A DNA stretch of 64,000 nucleotides. Origin: Harriotta raleighana. Its lineage: Eukaryota. The translations under genes and the position numbers were made by a program. The stretch lies in contig JBNZDD010013709.1 in the NCBI GenBank assembly GCA_050575255.1, forward strand, positions 4,317,963 through 4,381,962. Direction: 5' to 3'. The notes under the pieces are model-generated. The model did not search any database and had not been told where the DNA came from. It saw only the letters and a program-made list of their open reading frames with translations. How positions within the stretch are numbered: position 1 is the first letter of the stretch; each line of letters opens with the position of its first letter. Below, piece after piece: positions 50,201 to 63,377 of the stretch.

Positions 50201-52837
50201 AAAAAGACCAACTTCCAGGCCATCAGATCGTCACCATTGTCACTTCCTGCTTTCCAAAGGTCAACCACATAGTGATGAGATGATGCTCCACAAGCCTTAT
50301 AACCAGATCCCATGGCAGTAGCCTTTTCTGGTTACCACATGAGGATCAACAACAGTATTGTATATGTAAAGCACCTTACATGTTAGGAGAATGTGCCAAG
50401 GCGCTGGACAATCAGTGTTTCAGACCCAAGATGGGGTCGATCAGGGATGGGAAAGAGAAGGGGAGGGGAAGTCATGTTGACTCTTGTGAATTCTGCCCCA
50501 ATGCAGCCATTTTGAGGGATGTGCCAGAGTGGATAGACAGCTGGGTACCAGAAAAAGTTGCTATTTGTGATTTTCTGTTGGGGACATTAAATTTTTATCA
50601 TGGTATTTAAAGTTACAGAGGAGTGGGATTATTCTCCCCAATTGTTGGGGATGGGTTGGGGGTGGGGTGAAGGGCAGGTGGAATATCAGAGAGGACATGG
50701 GAGAATAGAGAGGAAGTGGGAGGATTAACATTCTGAAGCCAGGATGAAGGAGAATCTTTATTTTTGGCATTGGTTGCCAAATTGGAAGAGGCAGATTTGC
50801 TTCACATTAGACTGTGCGTCGCTGCCACACAATTGAATGTAAAAGTGACTTTGCGATGTCACAGTTGGTTACAAAAGCATTATGTTTATTGTGAGATTAT
50901 TCTTAATTATGGTGAAACTTCCCAAATGTTCTAAACGAGTTGCAGCAACATCAGAGAGGTTGTCAGGCTGAACACAGGGAACATAGATCCCCCAGGGTGA
51001 TTATACAGCAGTAAGCTCATCAAAGGGAGGGATTTATAACCATCATCTGAATTACAATATGCGATCACTGCCTTGAAATCATTCCAAATAATCTGTTTCT
51101 TTTTTCCACCACTTAAAGTATGCCATGGAGTTGTCAAGGATATCTTTATTTTGGTTTATACTTTTTAATCCTCTCTCCCCCTCCCTTCACTGTGGGTAAG
51201 TGTGGATTTGTGAAGATAGTGATTCTTATCAAGCTACTTGTCTAATGATTCATCACAGCCGAATCCATGCCCACCTTTTCAGCATGACAACTGGATAGCG
51301 ATCAGATGCTGGAATATTGTCTGAATCTTTCTTTCCCAAGCCCAGAGGCTCTCTGCTATCTGACGAGAGCAACATATTAAGCGTTTGCATCGGGTAGAAG
51401 ATTGAAACCAATTGTATAGCTTCAGATACTACTTTGCCAGATACATTATAACCGACTTGCAACCTGTGGTGGTATGTGGGATTGAACCTGGGATTTAACA
51501 GATTCACTTCATGACAATCCCATTGCATGGATGGTGTGTAGTTAGGATGTTGGCAGCAGAGAGGGAGGAATGGATTATTCTGAATGATTTCAAGATGTAA
51601 CTGCAGACTATAATCCAGGTGTTGGCTATAAATCCCACTGATGATCTTACTGCTGTATCAGCCATCCTCTTGTTTCCAGCTCCTTTGCCTTCCATGCCTC
51701 TTGACTCCAACTCCCAGCTCGGGTCTAAATAACTACAACATCAACAACAAAATTACACTTGACCTCATAAACTTGTGGAGCGCAGGTTCTATCTCTGTGT
51801 TAGCAGGGCGTCCCTTGGCTTGGGAAAGGAAGATTCAGACAATGTTCCAACATCTGACTGCTGTCCAGGTTGCTGCTGAAAAGGTACACATCTGTGCTTA
51901 CTGGACATGAGTGCAGCTGCCATGAATCTCAGGACAAGTTGCTTGATAAGACACAAACACACACAAAAACACATGTGCACACACATGTCATGGGGGTGGG
52001 TGAGGAGTGGGCAAGGGGGTGTGGGGAGGGGTCCTGACCAAACCTGTAGCATATTAGTTACAGCACTCACCTCAAAGCAAGATGACCTGGATTCATTTCC
52101 TGGGCAGGGCAAAGCCTTAGGCAAGTTTCTTCACTCAACAAACCTGTTTACTTAGCAGCAGGTATTTTGGGTTGGATAGGGTGGATAGGGTCTGACTGTG
52201 TCTGCAGAGAATTAGGGGGGTCGTCTGATTTGCTGTCGGTGGAGAGCTGGGGGGATTGACTGTGTTGGCAGAGCAGTCATGGGGGGCTCTGTATCAACAG
52301 AGAGCAGAGCTCAGTGAGCTGTCACTTTGTAATCAGCTATGTTCAAGGGACTGTGACTTTCAGATTACATTTGTTGATGTGTTTATTTTTAGAAATCTAA
52401 TTTAAAATGCCAGTTGACGTACTTGTTGGTGGGAAAAATCACATGGATGGGTTTGCTTCCAAGATTAATTTGTTTGTGTGTCAGAAAACAATTATTTGAA
52501 AATGTTGATTTACGTCTAATTATTTTGTCCATTATGAGTGGTGGATAAAAATATTTTCTCCTTTCAATTGACCTGCTCTGTTAGAGTGTTTGTGTGTGGG
52601 CTCCTTTAATCAATCCTTGTATTGGTCTGATCTTCTCATACTGTCATATTATTCTGTGACTGGAATGATTTAAAGAAAACAAAGCTTCAAATGCGCACAG
52701 TAACCCCTTTGTAATCTGTTACACTGTAGCATTGGGAATCCATGCGGTCCCAAAAGCATTGGGATACCACAGTCCTGACTCAAAATAAATGCCTGGAATC
52801 CAATCTGCAGTATTTCATAAATGGATTCTATGCTAAG

Positions 52838-53070
52838 GAATAATAATCCTTGCATTTGATGTAGCATTTTTCATGTCTTTTAGACATCTCAACACACTTC
52901 ACAGAATATGCTGTAAAGTGAATTAATTGACTGTATTTGTGGGCGAAATGCGGCAGCCAATTGCACATAGCAGGATCCCACAAACATTAGTGGATTGATG
53001 TAAACAAATTATTTTTGTGGGTGAGAGATTATTAGCAGGCTTGTGGAGTAAAGAAATTTGCCCAAGATTT
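52838..53070 (-). mobile_element. SINE, 5'-truncated
   Basis: Reverse-complement tail and core. Confidence 0.8.
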
Positions 53071-53211
53071 CAAATCCATATGCACTGGCTCCACACGAAT
53101 TCTTGCAGTTAATAATAATCCATGCATTTGATATGGTACCTTTTAGTCATTGAGACACAATAGATTTACTGTGTATTTCTTGAGCAAAACGCAGTAGCCA
53201 GTTGCGCACTG

Positions 53212-53970
53212 CAACAACAACAACTTGGATTTATATAGCGCTTTCCATGCCAGACTGCATCTCGGAGCGCTTCCCAATAATGGATCCCAGGGCTAAGCCA
53301 GGGCAGGGGGAAAATGGTGGCCAAAAGCGTGGTCGAAAAGGTCTTAAACTGAGACCTGAAAATAGTAAGAGAAGGCGGTGAGACAAAGGGAGTGAGGAAG
53401 GGAGACCCACAGCTTCAGCTGAATGGCTGAAGGCACGGCCCACCGATGGTGGAGCAGAGGATTCGGGGGACAAAGAGGAGGCTAGACTCGGTAGAGCGAG
53501 GCAACGGTTACTGTTGTGAGGAGAGAGGTCAGAGAGGTAGGGGGGTGCAGAGGAGTGGAGATTTGAAAACAAGACTAAGGATCTTGAAATCGTTCCTCTC
53601 CGAGACAGGGAGCTAGTGCAGTCTGGCAAGGACTGGGGTAATCAGGGAGCAAAGTTTAGTACGGATAAGAATGCAGGCAGCAGAATTCTGGATAACCTGG
53701 ATTTGATGAATGATAGCGGAAGGGAGACCGGCAAGAAGGGCATTGGAATAGTCCAGCCAAGAGATGACAAAGGCATGGACCAGTGTTTCGGCGGCTTTTG
53801 GTGTGAGATATTGGCGGAGATGGGCGATGCGTCAGAGATGGAAGAAGGCATTGTTGATGAGGGACCAGATGTGGGGGAGGAAGGATAATTGGGTGTCGAA
53901 CCTGATGCCTACCCAACCTAATGCGGGTTCGGTGAGTTTTAGAGGAAGGTCGGATAGGTGAAGGAGGTGA
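53212..53970 (-). mobile_element. L2 LINE 3' fragment (different subfamily)
   Basis: (CAA)n tail. The minus strand encodes GIRFDTQLSFLPHI..AFFHLRRIA..LDYSNALLAGLP..KSRLSRIL(fs)..SAPPYLSDL..VGRAFSHSA. Confidence 0.85.
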
Positions 53971-55791
53971 AAGCCGTGGGATTGAAGTGCCCCACAAACA
54001 GCAGCGCCCCACAAACAGTTATTAGTACAAACCAAATTAGTATCTTTTAAAATTTATTTTGATGGGATTATTACCCCCAGAAAAGCAATCTGCCAATTGA
54101 CAAACAACCGGATTCATTAGGTAAGTAAAACAGAGGCGTGTGGAATAAGCAAACTTGTCTGATGTCTTGCTTTGTCGGGAATTGAACCCGGTCCTCTTGC
54201 TTGGGAGGCGAGTACTCTAACCACTGAGCTACAGTTTAGTTTATCCACTTACCAGTTACTTATCATTTACACACAATCATCTATTAATAATATTGAATGG
54301 AAATGTTGTTGAGGGATTCTGAGCCAGAGGGAGTAAGAGGTATCCAAAGTGACAACTGCATGAGAAAAGGCAAGTAAAAGGAAAGGCATAATTGACTGGT
54401 AGGTACAGTAAATAATGGCAGAAGAAACTGAATAAAATAGACACACACAATTGGTGGTTGGGGGGTGAGGGCGGGGTGGTGGAATTGAGTAAATACAACA
54501 ACAATGTACAATTTCTGTACGGCCTTTCACTACACTACTCAATGTGCTTCACAAAGCTGACTTGGGGCCCGAACTGGGGACACTGGGATGTGGGGGCAGG
54601 TGATTGAGGTAACAATAACAGCTTTCCTTTATATTGTGCTCTTCAAAGGTTTTACAGCAGGATTTAAAGATGGAGAGGGAAGGGGACTAAGCAAAGGGAC
54701 TCGAGGATGTGAGTTCCAGAGAGGTGGGGAATGGCTTAAAGCTCGCCAACTGATAATGGGATCAGGCATTTTCACATTTATTCTCCCCATAAACAGAAGA
54801 AAGGACTCATGGATGGGGTGGGGGTTAAATTTCCTTACTTCAATTTAGTGCATTACAGATTGCAGCTAAAATGATCCCTCTTTTGTTTCCAAATTTATCT
54901 GTCTTTCACTACAGGAGGATAGAAGCTTCCATGATCCAGATTGTGACCAAAGTCCTATATCTAAGTGGTATCCTCTTTGCTGATAATGCCAGCGATCTTG
55001 AAACAATTCTAGGAAAGCAAAAAAAATTGCATGTTAATATTTTAATGTTTTGATGTAATTACAGAATCACAATCAATTTATACTTCATATTAAATTCCAG
55101 TGGGAAGTTCTGTCTTAATAGACATCTGTATGTTCCGACCCAGTCAATTCAGAAATCCAGCTGCTCTGAAATTACATTTTAGTTTATCCTGGTGTCCTGG
55201 CTCGAAAAAAATTCCAACATAAAATTGCTCATTCACTTCATGACTGTTTGTCAGACATTGCTACGCGCAAATTGACTGCAACAGTTCACCTACAAAATAC
55301 AGTCACTCCGTCTCCCTGTAAAATCCTGCTGAGTGCTTGAAACGTCCTCCTGATGTGAAGGGCGCAATATCAAATGCAAGGATTATATATTCTCCACTCT
55401 CACTTTCTCATCAGTGTTTCTACCTCCTTTCTCCCTGAATCTGATTTTGTATTTTCACTCCTCATCACAGGCTTGTGAGGTTACACAGAGTTCAGCAAAT
55501 AAATGCTTAAAAGTCTGAAACATCTGGCATATTCTGTATTTAATATTTGACATGAAATGTAGCCTGGTTTCATTGTGCTCCAGTAATCTGATTATTGTCT
55601 ACCCTTAGGAATTTTTTATCTTCGAGACTGAATTAAATCATCATAGAAATTTGCAGCACCAAAGGAGGCCATTCGGCCTATTGAGTCTGTGCCAGCTCTT
55701 TGAAAAGAGCTATTCAAAGTTAATTCCACTACCCAAGTCTCTCCCCAAATTATAAGGGGACTCAATAATACTACAATAATAATACTTTGGT

Positions 55792-56089
55792 GGAGTCCTG
55801 TAGCTCAGTGGTTAAAGCACTCGCCTTAAAGAGAGAGACCTGGGTTTGACTCCAGGGAGAGCAAAACCCTGGGCAAGTTTCCTTACTCCACATGCCTAAT
55901 AATAATCCATCCCAAAAAATTATTTGGCCACTGAATCCATCACTCTTTGTGGGACACTCCTGTGTGCAATTGTCTGCTTTGTATTGTCAAACATGTACAG
56001 TCAATTTACTTTACAGTTTATTCTGTAAAGCGCTTTGAGACATCTAGAAGATGTGAAAAGCACTATATTAAATGCAAGGATTATTATTA
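55792..56089 (+). mobile_element. Full-length tRNA/Deu SINE
   Basis: Same structure as 5431. Confidence 0.88.
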
Positions 56090-56719
56090 CTGTATATCAC
56101 ATCACCAAACCAACAAAATCAAAATAGATTGATTATCTATACACAATCCTTTCTTTTGGTACAGCACCTTTCATGTGGGGAAGTCATCTCAAAGCACTTC
56201 ACATGATTTTACTCTCATGTACAGTGACTTTCTATTTGTATATGCACCCCATGAGCTGATGCACAGTAATATACTATGAGCAGCCATGAAATGAAAGCTC
56301 AATTTTATCTCTTGGTCAGGATGTCAGAAGAAACCATCTTCTCTTTTCAACAAGTACTGTGGGATGTTAAACGTTCACCTCAACAGATTATGGTTTCATA
56401 GAATCATAGAATTATAGAATTTTACGGCACAAACGGAGGCCATTTGGCCCATCTAGTCTGTGCCGGCTCTTTGGAAAGAGCAACTCAATCCCACTGCCCA
56501 GCTTTCTCCCCATGACCTAACAGACCTGTTCTCCCTAAATAAAGATCTAACATCTTTAACGGTTTAACGTATCAGCCAAAGGACAACAATGCAATGTTCC
56601 CTCATTACAGCCTACCTTATGCTATATAATAAGTTGTAGTTAGATAAAATATTTTTGGTTGAGTGCTATTGTCAATATTTCATCAACAAAATACAGTGTC
56701 TAATTTACAGCATATCCTA

Positions 56720-56978
56720 CGAAGAAGGGAGTTGGCCTCAGGATGGTGGAAGGCAGTTTGGGTCAGGGTAGAAGGGTGGCTGAAGGCACAGTTGAAGAGG
56801 AGTGTATTGAGACATGCCATGAAAGGAGCAAGGCAAAGGGACTGTGGGATTGAGTTCGAACGGATGGGAGTAGAGAGGTTAAAGGCCCCACTTTAACCTC
56901 TCTTGTGGGGCGGGCTGGCTGGGTGGAGATGGAGCATTTCAGAGCCTGCTGAACAATGAGAGTGAAAAGGTTGATGAG
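56720..56978 (-). mobile_element. L2 3' fragment
   Basis: Similar to the L2 C-terminal region (cagagcctgctgaac, gagaggttaaaggccccac). Abuts the CR1 tail at 56979. Confidence 0.7.
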
Positions 56979-57298
56979 CATAAGAACATAAGAATTAGGA
57001 GCAGGAGTAGCGCCATTCGACCCTTCGAGCCTGCCCCGCCATTCAATAAAATCATGGCTGATCTTCTGACCTAACTCTAATTACCTGCCCTATCCCCATA
57101 TTCCCTAATCCCTCTATTTTAAAAAAAATCCATCAGTCTCAGCCTTGAAAATGTTCAGCAAGACTTCCCTACTCTTGTACTCTAAACCTTTTGAAATGAA
57201 CGCTGGCATGCCATTTGCCTTCTTAGTTGCTTGCTGTACCTGCAAACTAACTTTTTGAGACTAGTGTACAAGTGTTAGAGATCGAAGTATCTCGTCTT
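56979..57298 (-). mobile_element. CR1 LINE 3' end (runs into gap)
   Basis: Its first ~140 bp closely match the 13127 copy. Confidence 0.85.
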
Positions 57299-57998
57299 NN
57301 NNNNNNNNNNNNNNNNNNNNNNNNNNNNNNNNNNNNNNNNNNNNNNNNNNNNNNNNNNNNNNNNNNNNNNNNNNNNNNNNNNNNNNNNNNNNNNNNNNNN
57401 NNNNNNNNNNNNNNNNNNNNNNNNNNNNNNNNNNNNNNNNNNNNNNNNNNNNNNNNNNNNNNNNNNNNNNNNNNNNNNNNNNNNNNNNNNNNNNNNNNNN
57501 NNNNNNNNNNNNNNNNNNNNNNNNNNNNNNNNNNNNNNNNNNNNNNNNNNNNNNNNNNNNNNNNNNNNNNNNNNNNNNNNNNNNNNNNNNNNNNNNNNNN
57601 NNNNNNNNNNNNNNNNNNNNNNNNNNNNNNNNNNNNNNNNNNNNNNNNNNNNNNNNNNNNNNNNNNNNNNNNNNNNNNNNNNNNNNNNNNNNNNNNNNNN
57701 NNNNNNNNNNNNNNNNNNNNNNNNNNNNNNNNNNNNNNNNNNNNNNNNNNNNNNNNNNNNNNNNNNNNNNNNNNNNNNNNNNNNNNNNNNNNNNNNNNNN
57801 NNNNNNNNNNNNNNNNNNNNNNNNNNNNNNNNNNNNNNNNNNNNNNNNNNNNNNNNNNNNNNNNNNNNNNNNNNNNNNNNNNNNNNNNNNNNNNNNNNNN
57901 NNNNNNNNNNNNNNNNNNNNNNNNNNNNNNNNNNNNNNNNNNNNNNNNNNNNNNNNNNNNNNNNNNNNNNNNNNNNNNNNNNNNNNNNNNNNNNNNNN
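57299..57998. other. Assembly gap (N run)
   Basis: 700 N between LINE fragments. Confidence 0.99.
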
Positions 57999-58360
57999 CT
58001 AACCTTTGAGTTCCAAAGGATGGGGGCAGAGAGGTTAAAGGCCCCACTGCCAAATGTGGGGCGGGCTGGGTGGTAGAGATGGAGCATGTCAGAGCCTGCT
58101 GAACAAAGAGAGTGAACAGGTTGATGAGCAGATAACATGTCACAGAGGTAAGAAGGAGCAAGACCATGGAGGGCTTTGAGTAAGAGGATTTTGAATCCTA
58201 TCCTCTAGCGGAATGGGAGGCAGTGGCGAAGGTGTGGGTGATGGAATCACAGAGCCTAGTACGGCAGAGGATACGAGCTGCAGAGTTCTGTGGAGAAAAG
58301 ATTTGGGGAGGCCGATCAGCAGGGAGTTGGTACAGTCGAGCCTTGGTGTATGCATGGATT
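57999..58360 (-). mobile_element. L2 fragment
   Basis: Minus-strand ORF PRLDCTNSLLIGLPKSFLHRTLQLV..; overlaps in homology with the 56850-56978 copy. Confidence 0.75.
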
Positions 58361-58427
58361 AAAAGCCAAAACTACAATAACATTGCACTATCATGGCAGC
58401 ACATTACAAACTGATATGGTATATGAA

Positions 58428-58644
58428 GTGAAACAAAAACTGAAATCGCTGGGAACACTCAGGAAGTCAGGCAGCATCTATGGAGAAAGGAAAGTGAGTC
58501 AACATTTTGGGTTGACCCTTTGTCAGAACTTTTTGACCCGAAACGTTGACTCACTTTCCTTTCTCCATAGATGCTGCCTGACCTGCTGAGTGTTCCCAGC
58601 AATTTCTATTTTTGTTTCAGACTTCCAGCATCTGCAGTATTTTG
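58428..58644. mobile_element. Penelope-like fold-back element with 13-bp target-site duplication
   Basis: Inverted arms 58429-58512 / 58536-58619. Direct repeat TATGGTATATGAA at 58415-27 and 58645-57. Decayed hammerhead core in the centre. Confidence 0.7.
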
Positions 58645-60012
58645 TATGGTATATGAAATGTACTGATTCCATAATTATGTTCAAACAGAATAATTAATCT
58701 AGTGTCACATTCAACTGAAATAGGAGCTCATGTATCTAATTCAATCTATATCAGAGAAACATACAATAATAGAATCATCTTGTACACAGGCTAAGACATA
58801 ATTTGTTAAAAGTCTCAACTACGTAAATTTATTTTTTCACTGCAGAAGGTCTAATCCCTAAACACTTCTTTTCTGGATAAGAGATCCCTTATTCTCTACT
58901 GTGACTGTTCTATTCAATTTAGAATGGAATGAAAATTGCAAATTGGAATTAAAATTGCAAATTGCAATTAGAGTTGCAAAATGAAAAGCTTAATTGTAAT
59001 CTGATGTTGCCAAAAATGAAATTCACCACCTTCCCATCAACATTTTTTTTTACTGCACTTGTTCCTGTTCTAACTAAAGCGAAGCCAAACAGAAGAGGGT
59101 AAATAATGGTGAAGGAAAGGAAGGCAGAATAGCAAAGACAAATGGATCAATAAAAGAAAGACTTTCAAGCTTTTTTGTAATGGACGCGGTATGCCGGTAT
59201 AGTACTGTACTAGGAAAGCAATTTATCTCAGGAAGTCCAGAGGGAGCACAAGATTTCAGTAGGATATTTTACATTCAGTGGCATCATGTGTAAAACGGTC
59301 TTGTAACATTGCTGGTTTGCATTGATGTATTCAAATGGGAGAAGACACAAGATGTGGGGATCCGAAGGAGCAGTTCAATTAGACCCAGCCCAAAAGGATA
59401 ACTACAACGGAGGTTAAGGAATAAAGTGACACTGTGGTAGCCACAGAATAATGACAATGCAGCAAAGATGGGTAGAAGGTTTACAACACCTTTTGCCTTT
59501 AATTTCCCAGTTGGATGTGGGAAGCTGTAATTGTAATGTGACAGGTAACAAGACCATCCCTGTGAGTCTTGTCAGCAACCACCACTGAATAATAAGCTAT
59601 CTTCTCAGAGTAACAAGGGTACCTGAGTCAGTCACATTATGGTCACAGGAAACATTGCAATAAGAAAATCTGGATAGAGGAAAACCTCTGATATCGAATG
59701 CAAGAATTTTTATTCATATATCACCAAAGGTCATCCAAATGAACTAGTTTATGGTCATCCAGACTAATTTCTATTCCACTAGGCAGCAAGACTTAAGTTC
59801 ATGGTACATTTCAATTTGTAAGATTTTCTTTGGGAAACAAAATCTTATTCAGACTTGAATCTCAGGTAACTCAGTCAGTTGAGTGCTGGATGTGAGATTG
59901 GGAGATTCTAGGTTTGAATACCATCGGGGCTCACTCAGCCTTTTTGCCATTTCAAGGTTAGTGAAATGAAAGGTTTTTCAAAAAAATTTGGTCACTTCAA
60001 TCCATGAATATT

Positions 60013-60508
60013 ACAGTTCATACAGAACTCTGCAGCCCTTGTCCTCTCCCACACTAAGCTCCTGACCCCATCTCCCCTATTCTGTCCAGACTCCATTGGC
60101 TTCCCATCATCTAGAGGATTCAATTCAAGATCCTGGTCCTCACTTTTAAAGCCCTTCATGCCTTTGCCTCACGCACCCCTGCAATCTCCTAATCCCCTAC
60201 CACCAGTCAGTGGGCCGCAGCCTGCTCCATGTCCATTGACCCACCTACCCCACCATCGGCAGGCAAACCTTCAGCCACTCCACCTCAAATGCTGGAATTC
60301 AATCCTGCAATCCCTCCACCTTGCCCCCCACCTAGCTTTCTTCAGGTCCCGCCTCAAGAATCTACTCTTCAACGGTCCCATCAGTTCCCTTCTCTCAACC
60401 CTTCCTGATCCCAACCCAGCTCAGATGGGAAACACTAACTGTCCAGCACCTTGGGACGTACTCCCGATGTGAAAGGAACTATACAAATGTAATTGTGTTG
60501 TTGTTGTT
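60013..60508 (+). mobile_element. L2 3' fragment with (TTG)n tail
   Basis: QFIQNSAA..LSRLHWLPII*RIQFKILVLTFKAL..CWNSILQSL..FRSRLKNLLF, followed by the L2 3' UTR and tail. Confidence 0.85.
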
Positions 60509-61204
60509 TATATACCAAGGCACTGGACAGTCAGGAATCAGCATCCGAGTTGATGGTTGGATCCAGAAAGGTGAAGGGCGGGGAGGAGAGGGGTAAAGAC
60601 AAGTGCAAAATGTCTTCAGCCTGTGAGCCAAAGTCCTAATGGCTCTAGCTGGAGAAATACTAGCACAGTTTGAATAGCAAAGCTTGAATGATAAATAAAA
60701 TACAAGTCCCCCAAAACAAATCCAGTGAACTTATTGAAAAAAGAAACTTGTTGACGTGGACCTTGAAGGTTCTGGGTTACAAAGCTGACCGGTCCACTCA
60801 GTCTTTCACTTTGTTAAATTGAGTTTGTATTTAAAAATATCCTCTTTCTGGGAGGATTTCAGAATTGTCAGAAATTTGGCTTTTCGGGATCAAATGCTAG
60901 TAGCAATGTCGCCTTTTTCATCCTTTAATGTTGACTCTTCCTATCAATTTGTGATGTGGAACTCACTTGTGATTTGGAGGATTGTTCTTCCACTGGTATG
61001 AAACATGAGCTAGGTTTAGATTCTTGTGTCACCAGTTAGTTTTGCTTTTTATGTCTTGTTGCATTCATAATCCTAATCAGTCTTGGGGGTGATTCCTCTG
61101 AGCAATTGAATAGACCCCACATAATAATAATAACAATAACAACAAAATTACATTTATAGAGTGCCTTTCACATCGGGAGGATGTCCCAAGGCGCAGATAA
61201 CAAT

Positions 61205-61475
61205 AACAATAATCCTTGCATTTGATATAGTGCTTTTCACATCTTCTAGACATCACAAAGCGCTTTCCAGAATACACTGTAAAGTAAATTGACTGCATGA
61301 TTGTGGGTGAAACATGACAGCGAATTACGCACTACAGTTTCCCACAAACAGCCGTGGATTGAAGTGACCATTTTATTACTGCATTTTTTTCTTGAGGGAT
61401 TATTATCAGGTTTGTGGAGTAGAAAACTTGGCGAAAATTTTGCCCGGCCGGGAATCAAGCCCGGGAATCGAGCCC
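61205..61475 (-). mobile_element. tRNA/Deu SINE, head truncated
   Basis: Reverse complement of the family. Confidence 0.8.
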
Positions 61476-62402
61476 AGTTTATTTTGCTCAAAATGGAATG
61501 TCCACTCTCTCTCTGCAGGAGTGCACCTGTTTACCAAATTCTGGAGAGTTTGATACACTTTGGCATGACCCAAAGCCAGGAGATCCTACAGTGTAAATTG
61601 TGCTGGAGTTTATCCAGTGAAAACGGCACTGCTTGCCACTGAGAGCACCATCCTGGCTGACTTCCTGCTGCTTGTCCAGCTAGACAAAGCCAAACAATGC
61701 TGCTGCAATCCGAGGCAATGTTGATACTTGACCAGCCCAGTGATCAGTAACACTTAAAACGTAGCCTTAACTTCATCCTATTGAGCTGAAGCCGTAGGGT
61801 GTCGACCAGTCCTTCAATGTCAAGCAGTGTGCTGCATGGCCAATGTTACAACAAAATAAATAGAATTAGAGTGAAAATGATTAAATTCACCATAAAAATA
61901 AATGTAAGTTTAGTGCCAGCCAGAGGGGCAACTATGAATGCTTTCTGGCCCTGTACTTTCCTATATTCCTACGTTTCTGGTGGATAAAGTGTTTAGAATA
62001 TGAAGGGAGGCAGTCAGTCATTGCATAAAACTAAAAGTACCATATGAAAAGAAATTCATTCAACTGAGTTGGAAAATTAAAGTAAATTTAAAAAGTAACC
62101 CTGAAGCGTTGCAAATGGAGTTTTGTTGTTTTGTTCAGTGAATTCATTTGATTTGCAAACACTTTATTTTTCTCTTAAAAGGAGAGTGAATCACCAATGC
62201 TATATGAATAGGTTTTAAACTCGAGTATTATTTGGTGTGAACAGTGTACCAGGGAGGTCACAAGCTTCACTTACTAATCATGGAAGGGAATGTGACGAGA
62301 ATAAAAAGTGATTCTTATCTCTTGCTATTTGCGGGTGTGGTGGGGGAAGCCTTTCTTGTGTTAGTGTGTGTTCAGGCTTTGCGCAGTGATTAAATATTAG
62401 TA

Positions 62403-62880
62403 CAATAAAAGCCCATTTATCCAGCACCCGCGGGACTTGGCCAATGCTGAAAACCCAACACAAAAAAAATTAACCTATTTTAACACGTACCATATTAATA
62501 ATAGACTAAATAATAACATAATAACAAATATTGTATGGGTACTTCATTGTAAATATTGTACACTGTACCATATAAATAATAGACTAAATACAGTAATAAC
62601 AGATACTGTAATAACAGAACATTGTATTGGTACAATACTTTATTATTTATACTTAACTTCTGCACGCAAGGGAAAAAAACGGCAGTGCAACTTTAAGGCC
62701 CTGCTAACGGCAAGCCAAAATACCTGTACAATACTCTCAGGCAACAATCGATTCATTAAATGTGCCACCACTATTGTGCTGGATAACATCCGGTTAATCA
62801 GATGGGGACTTTTTTTTTGACATACCAATTATACGGAAGTTCCGATTAATCGAGTCAAGGATAAATGTCCTTCAGTACAT
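62403..62880. mobile_element. Degenerate Tigger-like DNA transposon remnant
   Basis: TA-caataaaagcccatttatcc at the left end and ggataaatgtccttc at the right end; internal ccgattaatcg/ccggttaatc motifs. Confidence 0.45.
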
Positions 62881-63072
62881 GTATCACTACCCCTTTACCA
62901 AAATAATCCCGAGAGAAAGGCAAAGGTTGTTAACCCCAGGTTCTTCAGTTAACAGTGCAATATTTACTAAATTGCACTTATCTACTGTAGTTTTGCATGA
63001 TCTCGTAAAAGGATTGCAGGTGCAATGCCACAGAAAGCTAAGAGCTGTCTAATTAAATTGGGCACATTGTGT

Positions 63073-63377
63073 GGAGTCTTGTAGCTCAGTGGTTAGAGCA
63101 ATCGCCTTACAAGCAAGAGAGCTTGGTTCGATTCCAGGCTGGGTGAAACCTTGGGGAAGTTTTTTTACTTCATGCGCCTGACACTGATCCTTAAAAAATA
63201 ATAAATTGGTCATTTCAATCCACAACAGTTTATGCGGCACTGCTGTGTGCAATTGTCTGCTGCATTTTGCTCACATATATGCAGTTAATTCACTTTACAG
63301 TATATTCTGTGAAGCATTTTGAGATGTCAAGAAGATGTGAAAAGTCCTATGTCAAATGCAAGGATTAATAATATTAT
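63073..63377 (+). mobile_element. Full-length tRNA/Deu SINE
   Basis: Same structure as 5431. Many further fragments occur at ~4000, 14710, 16080, 17270, 21250, 31400, 31800, 34700, 35010, 47270, 54130. Confidence 0.88.
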
